A stretch of DNA of 64,000 nt from Roseibacillus sp. (lineage in GTDB: Bacteria; Verrucomicrobiota; Verrucomicrobiia; Verrucomicrobiales; Akkermansiaceae): assembly GCA_051251855.1 (NCBI GenBank), contig JBPOGI010000001.1, forward strand, positions 960,001 through 1,024,000, written 5' to 3'. The notes under the pieces were generated by a model. It ran no database searches. It had not been told where the DNA came from and saw nothing but the letters and a program-made list of their open reading frames with translations. Of the stretch, positions 41,601 through 50,600 are shown piece after piece (the stretch's first letter is position 1; each line of letters begins with the position of its first letter). The translations under genes and the position numbers were made by a program.

Positions 41601-44600
41601 GTCGGGGTGCAGATGCCACCGTTGTCGGTTCTACTAACCTTCCGCAATTAAATGCCTCTGCTATTGGAGGGGCTCCGGGGGTTGTCTTTGATGGAATTGA
41701 TGACTATTTGAGACTTGAACCAGGCTTCGAGGGCTTTGGCTCAGGGCATACTGCGATTTTTGTCACAAACCCTGATGAGTCACTTTCTAACTGGGAGCGG
41801 CTAATTGATTTTGGTCGTGCCACCAATGTCGATAACCTCTTCTTTGGAAGGAGTGCCGCCACAACCGATTTCGTTCTTGGTACTCGTTCGGGTAGCACGG
41901 CTGGAGGTCTGGGCGCCACTGATGCTTTCCGTTCCTTGTCTGACCAGATTCTCACAGTGGTGCAGAATTCTGATGGAAGAACTCGAATCTATCGAAATGG
42001 CAATCTCGAAGTGGAATCTCCTTCGATTCTATTACCGCGTGATATTTTGAGGACGAGAAACTATGTGGGGCGGAGCAATAGGACAGCTGATGCCTACTTT
42101 TCGGGAGCCATTAGTGAAATCATCCTATTTGAGGGAGCGCTTGATGATTTCGAGCGAGAGGTTTTTGAAGACCAGATTCGTGCGACCTACGGAATTGCGA
42201 GTTCAGCGACAGGCACGGTTGGTTTTTCACCGGATTCGACCTCTCTTTATCCGTCAGGAGTATCTGTTGTTCTTCAAAGCGCAACTCCTGGAGCCGCGAT
42301 TCACTACACTTTGGATGGCTCCATTCCGGACGAGGCTTCTCCATTGTATGCCAGTCCGATTGCTCTGGCTCAGTCGAGTCGCGTTCGCGCTCGCGCCTTC
42401 TTCGTAGGTCTGAATCCAAGTAACCTTTCTGAGACGACTTATCTTGTGGGTGATCCTCCTTCGAGCGGAGACGGCCTTTTGGGTAATTATTATGACAATG
42501 AGGATTTCACCGGAGCGTCTCTTACTCGAGTTGATCCCACTGTTGCTTTCGACTGGGGCTCCGGAAGTCCGGATCCGGCGATCGATTCGAATTCATTTTC
42601 GGTGCGTTGGACGGGGCAAGTGGTGCCTCGTTTCACGGAAGATTATGTCTTCTCGACTTTTGATGATGGCGCTCGCCTCTGGGTGGACTTGAATCAGAAT
42701 GGTACTTTTGAGGACGCGACAGAACTCCTCATTGATGAGCTGGATGCGAGCAGTTTCGTTGAGAGGTTCGCGCCTCCGGTGGCGATGGTGGCAGGCGAAC
42801 TTTATGATATCCAGCTAGAGTATCAGGAGGAGACAGGCACTGCACGAGTCAGTCTGCGCTGGGAGTCCTTTAGCGAACCCTTGGCTGTCATTCCGCAGAG
42901 CCAGCTCTTTAGTGATGCAGAGTTTGGACAGACTGTGACAACGCCAGTAATTTCTCCTGTAGGAGGAACCTACACTGCAGCAGTCGATGTCACTATTGAT
43001 ACGACAACTGCGGGATCGACTCTCTACTACACCGTTGATGGGAGTCTTCCAGACGAAGGTTCGCCTGTGTATACTGGAGTGTTCGTGGTTCCCGCAGATA
43101 CAACTGTGCGAGCGAGGGCCTATAAGGCGGGATTCAATCCCTCCGGTGTAGATACTAAGGTTTACGATATAGATGCGCAGCCTCCCACAATTACTTCCTT
43201 TGCTTGGGATGGGTCCGAACTGTTGGGCGGGGAGACGTTTGTTGCGTCTGGTCAATTCAGTATTGAGGCGACGGACAACCAGGGAGTTGCGAGCGCGGAG
43301 TTCTATTATCAGCCGGTAGGGTTTTCCAATCAGGTCTTGATTGGGCGTGATACTTTTCCGAGTAATGGGCTTACTACCAACTGGAATGTAGCGAGTGTTC
43401 CGGATGGTTCCTATGATATTATTCTACGGGTGTTCGATACAGCAGGGACGTTTTCAGAGACCTCGCGGCAAGTTGACGTTTCTCTCATCACCCTCGCAGC
43501 GCCGGTCATTTCGCAACCTGTCACTGGTTTTGAAATTGAGGAGCCTACAGTTTCCCTACGAGTGGACACTTTGCCATCAGCCAATGTTCGTATTCGCCGC
43601 GATGGAATACTGATTTTTTCAGGCTATGCTAATACTTCCGGTATTCTCAACTACGTGGCGTCGGTGCCGGTGGGAACTAGCTCTTTTGTGGCCACTGCGG
43701 TCAATCGTGCGGGATCGAGCCCAAGTTCGAATTCAGTAGCGGTGACTCGGGTGCGAGAGTTCCCGCAGCTCACGCTTTCTTTCTCGAGCGATACTCTGGC
43801 AGAGGGTTCGCCCCTTAATGGCTTGGTATCGATTCCGGTGGCAGTGGCGGAAAATGTTTCGGTGGTGATTTCTAGCAATCGACCCGGTGAAGTTGAAGCA
43901 CTCGCAGCGGTTACCATTGTTGCCGGCGACACCAGCGCGCCTTTCATCTTAAATGCAGTTCAAGACGCTCGCGTGGAGGCTATGAGCATGGTGAGAGTGA
44001 CCGCGACGGCTCCGAATCATCGTGATGGAGTTGGGAACCTAATGTTGATGGATGATGATACTCCGATTCTGACTTTGGAGATTGATGAAGTCTCGGTGGC
44101 GGAGGACTTCGGAACGGTAACAGCCCGAGTGAGCCGAGCGAATTCTACCAGCCTTTCGCAGCGGATCTCCCTCTCGAATTCTGCTCCTGACCAAGTGAGC
44201 GTGCCAGCCTTCGTGACCATTCCTTCGGGACAGACTGAGATTGGCTTCACGATGAGCGTTAATGATGACGACCTTGCGGATGGCAATCAGTTCGTCAGTA
44301 TTCAGGCAATAGTGGAGTCTAGTGGGCAGGTAGTTTCTTCCTCGACGGTGGAGATTCTCGAGGTGAGAGACAATGAGGGACCATCGTTAGCGCTCATTCC
44401 AAATGCCTCTTTGCTCACCGAGGGTTCGGTCAATACCTTTACTCTCCGACGTTCGGGGATTGCCGTTACCGAGTCTTTGGTGGTGTCGTTGGAACAGACT
44501 CCGACCGGAGAAGTGACGGCTCCTGCAACGGTGACTTTCCCAGCGAACAGTTCTGAGATTTCGGTTTCGGTAACGGCTTTGGACAGCAGTAATCCGGGTA

Positions 44601-47600
44601 CGCGAACGGTGATCTTGCGAGCGACGGCGGTTGGCTATACGGATGGTTTGGCTCGTTTCTCGGTAACTGACGAGGTGTTGCCGGACCTTGCTCCTGATCA
44701 ACTAACGTCTCCTTTGATAGCGAAGTCGGAGAAGAGCATACCTATTTCTTATCGGGTGCGGAATCTGGGCTTGGCGGAGACCGAAGATGTCTCCTATCTG
44801 GAGCGAGTTTACCTGTCCGATGATCCTTCGCCGAGTGATGACGATACCATTGTATATCAGGTCGAGCAGACAGGTGCTGTTGGCGCGGGAGGAAGCTACG
44901 CACGGAACGTCTCAATTTTCACTCCTAGGGAGGAAGGGCAATACTTCATAATCGTGACGATCGATGCTGCTGATGCGGTCACAGAGGTTCTGGAATCTAA
45001 CAATACGATTGTCAGAACCACGCCGCTAGAAGTGCAGCCAGCTTATTCGGTGACGGTTCAGACTGCTGAGACCATGATTCCAGCTAACACTCCGATCGAG
45101 TTTACGGGTTCGGCTACCACCTCCGAAGGACTGGCTGCTGCTTTCTCAACGGTGAGTATCCATATTGGGATGGGAGATACCGAGCGAGTGATTACTGCCT
45201 TCACAGACGCGTTAGGAGTTTTCAGTGCGACGTGGACCCCACTTCCCAATGAAGGCGGCTCTTATACTATTGGCGCAACCCATCCCGGAACGACGAGTGC
45301 GCCGGTGCAGGATTCCTTCGAGATTCTGACGATTGGATTCGACCAGCCACCGGCTGTGAGTTTGAAAGAGGGCGAGTCGGTCATCGTGCAGACCACTCTG
45401 TCCAATCCCAATGAACAGGCCCTAACGGGAGTGAGCTTGGATGTGGTGAGCGACCTCCCAAGTGGACTCACTATCACGCCGATGCTTCCTTCCACGACCA
45501 TTCCTGCGGGTGGCGAACTGATGGTGCCCATCACGGTCTCGGCAGGGAATGGCTTTTCGGGCACTGGCTTCTTTGGTCTTGAAGTGTCGACTGCTGAGGG
45601 AGTGGTGAGGTCGCAGGGGATTTCGGTTCGTTCACAACTCTTAGTTCCGGTTCTCACTTTGGACCCCTCCAGTCTGGTCTGCTCGGTGCTCAGAGGGTCT
45701 TCGAAGACAGTGAGCTTCGAGGTCACAAACACGGGCGGGTTGCAGACGGGAGCAATCCAGGTTCTCATTCCAGATGTGACTTGGATGAGTTTAATCTCCA
45801 GTAATCCCTTGGCCTCACTGGCGCCTGGTGAATCAACAACGGTCAACCTTCAATTGGCTCCTGATAGCACCGTGGACCTCACGCTCTTCACCGGTAATCT
45901 AGCTCTCAATGCCGAGAATGGAGGTTCGCGAAACATCAACTATCGCTTCCGAGTGGTCTCCGATTTGATGGGAGATCTCGCCGTCACGGTGGTCGATGAG
46001 GCTTACTACTTCACGGAAGAGGCGCCTGCTTTAGAGGAGGCGCGGGTGGTGGTTCGCGATGCCATTACTTCGCAGCAAATTGCTGAGTTCACTACTGGGG
46101 TGGACGGGGTGGCTAGTTTTCCGAATTTAATGGAAGGATGGTATCGGGTTGAAGTGACTGCCGAGCAGCATGATCGTTTTTCTGGCAATGTTTTTGTAGA
46201 TGCAGGCTCTACGAAGGAGGAGCTTATTTTCATTTCTCGCCAGCTGGTGAACTACTCTTGGACCGTCGAGGAGATCGAAATTGAGGATACGTATCGTATT
46301 AAAATCGAGACCACCTTTGAAACCAACGTTCCGGCTCCAGTGGTCACCTTGGCTCCCGCTGTCATCAATGTGGAAGAGCTCCAAGAGCTGAGTCAGCAGA
46401 AGGTGGTCAATATAACGATTACGAATCATGGTTTCATCGCGGCTCAGAATAGTGAGTTCGTATTTTCGAGCCATCCCTTCTACACGTTCACTCCTTTGAT
46501 TTCTAGCTTGGGGACGATTCCACCGAGGACGTCGGTTGTGATTCCGGTGACGGTGTCTCGGACTGGGATTTATACTTCCGAAGGGAACGTCATTACTCTC
46601 GATCCCTCGGTCGTGATTCCGACAGGACCCTGTGGGATTCCCTGCGGAGCGGGAGGCGGGCTCTGCTATAGCTACCCTTGTGGCCCGAATGATGTCAATA
46701 AATGCTCCAATATAGGTTTCAGTGGAATCGACGGGGATTGTGGGACGAAGGGTGGGAGTAGCGAAAGTTACCTTGCCTTCCATGGCGGATTCTATGGGGG
46801 AGGCGGCGGAGGTGGTGGTGGCGGAGGTGGGGCTGGCGGTTCGGGGCTTTCGTTCGCGCTTCCTGATCCTTGTGACCCCTGTTTGGCACGAGCCTTCGCA
46901 GAATGTCTCATCGGGTTTGTTCCGGGATTGGGTTGTGTCTACGGAACGATGAAGTGTGTATCTTCGGCCAACCAGGCTGCGGGTGGAGCTGGGGGAACGG
47001 CGTCCACGATTTTTGGAACAAATGGCAACACCCAAGCCGAAGCTTACGTGAATTGCATGAATGCCATTGCCAGTTGTGCCGCCGATGCTTCCAAACTCAG
47101 TCCTTTAGGCTGGTTTATCTCCGCAGTTCAATGTCAGCAAGCCTTCTCTGCCTGTGGTGGCAGTGGCGCAAGCGGGGGCGGAGGAAGTTCCTTGCGAAGT
47201 GCCGAGTCCTCGGATTCGAAGAGTGACAAGAGCTTAGGCGGCGAGAAATCCGGTGGATCTCTAAATGAGACTCTTGCTTCTCAGCTAGGTGAACCATGGT
47301 TGGAGCTAATGAGCGAAGGTGATCGAGCGCGTTCGGCGGAAGTTGCAGATGCCGTTTCCGGGGTGGAGGCCTTGTTCGACTTGATGGCAGTGATGCTTGG
47401 TTCTCGTGAGCGCTATCTCTTGACCAACGAGCCAGGCGGAAAAGAGTGGTTTGCGGCCTATATGGTAGCAATTCAAAGCACGAGCGAAGACGGGCGCATC
47501 ATGAGCGCCAGCGAACTGAGCCAACTGACGACCCTTGCTAACGCGGTTACTGGTGGTTCGGCTCCTTTGGGGGCGGCTGCGGAGCGATGGAATCGGTCTG

Positions 47601-50600
47601 TTGTTTATGGAGCGATGGAAATCTTCGAGGATAGCGATGTTCCCGCTGGTGACAGCACGGACTTTATCGCCAATTCGCTTTTCTTCGCAGCTATCGAAAG
47701 AGGAACTGTGGTCTACGATGAGTCGCTTGAGGATGGCTTCCTCGACCCTACGGAAAAATTTGCAGTAACTCTAAATGACTACCTAAATTCCTTGACTGAA
47801 GGAGGAGGGGGAGTTTGCGCCCGGGTGAAAATTGAGATTTCGCAAGATTTGATGCTCACTCGGACTGCCTTCGAAGCGACCTTGGTGTTAGAGAACGAAC
47901 GCGAGGATGCCGAGGTGACGAATGTCGGTTTCGATCTTCAAATTCGTGACCTGTTAGGGGAGCCTTCCGAGGACCTGTTTAATATTCAAGTCTCCAAATT
48001 GGAGAACTTGGGCGCAATTGATGGCACGGGGGTGATTGCAGAAGATCTCTCAGGTAAGGTGCAGTGGACTTTGATTCCGCGGGATACGGCGGCCTTGACT
48101 GAAGAGACGCAGTATACTGTTGGAGGGGTGATTACCTTTACTCAAGATGGTCTCTCTTACACCATTCCAGTGGAGAACGTGCCTATCACGGTGCGTCCAG
48201 ATGCCTCTTTGACGCTGAAGTATTTCCACCAGCGTGATGTCTACAGTGATGACCCTTACACCGATGCTATTGAGCCATCCGTCCCTTACAAGTTGGCGGT
48301 CCTAGTTGAAAATAGTGGCTATGGGGCTGCGCGGGATTTGAAGATTATTTCGGGACAGCCCGAGATTGTTGAGAATGAGTCGGGGTTGATTATTGATTTT
48401 AAAATCATCGCGACTCAGGTGGATGGGCTACCAATGACGCCGTCGCTCACGGCAGATTTTGGAGACTTACCTCCTCAGGAGAGTTCGATTGCAACTTGGT
48501 TCTTAACGTCGACTCTGCAAGGGCTCTTCATCGATTATAAGGCCACCTTCGAGCACTTATCAGGACTGGGTGATTCGCGGATCTCATTGCTCCAGAGTGT
48601 TGAGATTCATGAAACCATTCGCTTCATCGAAGCAAAAGATGGTTCACAAGCCTTCCTGGTGAATGATGTGCCGGATGTGAATGACTACCCGGATACGATT
48701 CACTTCGAAGATGGCAGCATTGACTTGGTGACGGTCTCGGAAAGTGCTTCCGTTATCGGTTCTCTTGGTGGTGGGAATTTTCAAGTGACATTGGAGACAG
48801 GTGCGTTCTCAGGATGGAATTACATTCGGGTTCCTGATCCGAGTGAAGGGGACTATCAGCTAGTGGGGGTAACTCGTTCGGATGGTGGAATTCTTCCGTT
48901 GGACTTCAATGCCTGGACTTCTGATCGGACCTTTATCGGGCAAGGGCGTCGTCCCCGTTACGAAGATATTTTGCACTTGGTTGATTGCGATAGTCCTGGG
49001 TCTTATATTCTCACTTATGCAACGAATCCTGCTGCGGATTCAGTGCCGCCGAGCAGTAGCGTTACGGCGTTACCCGCAACCAGCCCTAAGGATATTCCTG
49101 TCTTTTGGAGTGGTACCGACAATGTCGGAGTCGCGCTCTACGATGTCTTTGTTTCTTCGGATGGAGGACCGTGGGCTCAGTGGAGAGATAACACTGCTGA
49201 GGTTGGTGCGGTGTATCCCGGCACCGTAGGGGAAACTTACTCATTTTATTCCGTCGCCATTGATGTGGCAGGAAACAATGAAGTGAAGCCACCTTTGGCG
49301 GAAGCGACCACAGAAGTGGTCAATAATAACTTGTCGCCGAGTATCGTGGCGATTTCTGACCAGTCTATTGGGGAGGGGGAAACTTTCCAGCTCCAAGCCT
49401 TGGCTAATGACCCTGATGGGAACAACGCTGACATCCGCTTCTTGGTGGGCACTGGTGCCACGGGATTAACAATCGATCCCATCACGGGACAGATGCAGTG
49501 GGTCACCGGGGAGACCACGGGCGGTTCCGCCGTCAGTGTGATTGTGGTCGCTCGCGATGCGGCTGATCCAGCCGGAGTGGCGAATGAGGAGTTCACGATC
49601 ACGGTGCAAGAGGTAAATAGCGCCCCGACCATTAGCAGTGTTGGACCGCAGACTCTGGAAGAAGGGGGAATGCTAATTGTTGATATTGACTCTGATGATG
49701 GTGATGTTCCGGTGCAGGGCCTGACTTATTCTCTGGGAGCGAGTTCTCCGTCTGGTGCGAGCGTAGATTCGGCTAGTGGGGTGGTGACTTGGATGCCGAC
49801 TTCAGCACAGGCCGATCAGAGTCACGTTATTACGGTGAGAGTAGTCGACAATGGTAGCCCTAATCTCATGGCTGAAACGAGCTTTTCGGTGACGGTCATA
49901 GGTGAAGACGATCTTGCTCCAGTCTTTAATGCCGTTCCTATTCTGTTGTGGCTAGAGGGGCAGAGCTACAGCTTCGATGTTGTTGCTGTCGATCCAAATG
50001 GCGACCCGATCACGTTGGGTGCGAATGTCTCAGGAGCTCCAGGCGCGAGTTTTGCTGACTTGGGTGGAGGCATCGGTCGAGTAGACTGGGATACCTCCGG
50101 AGTCCCATCATCAAGCTATATTATTTCACTGATAGCGTCTGCAAACGGGCTTTCTACTAACGGGCAGTTGGTGATTCGAGTAGAGGAGGATGATTTGTAT
50201 TGGTCCTGGGTTGAAGATGAATTCGGGGAAGTGCTACCGGCAGGACTCGCTGCTGCGGATATTGCTTTCGATGGAGATCCTGACGGTGACCTGAGGACGA
50301 ATGTTCATGAAATGGCCCTTCTGACTGACCCTCTTAAGAGTGATCAGCCCAAGATCGAACTCGAACTCATACAGCAGGGTAATTTCCGTCTTATTCAGCT
50401 AGAAATCCTTCGTCGGACGGGCTCAGAGGCCTACGTCGAACTCTACCCTTTCCGCAGTGATGATTTAAAAGGTCCATGGGAATTTGTCCCTGAGTCGGAT
50501 TGGAACGTGGCTTTCGATCGATTTGGCGATGAAGATTCTCGGCCGGAAACTGAGTCAGTTGAATTCTCGATTCTTGAGTTTGATTCAGAGGAACTTCCTG

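Noticed and set aside
46796..46840. GGN run as a phase-variable repeat
   Set aside because: Mixed Gly codons (GGG/GGA/GGC/GGT) encode a linker; it is not a pure slippage tract.
46127..47035. 302-aa minus-strand ORF inside the giant gene
   Set aside because: Antisense shadow of a Gly/Cys-rich coding region; Arg/Ser-rich with no recognisable motif.
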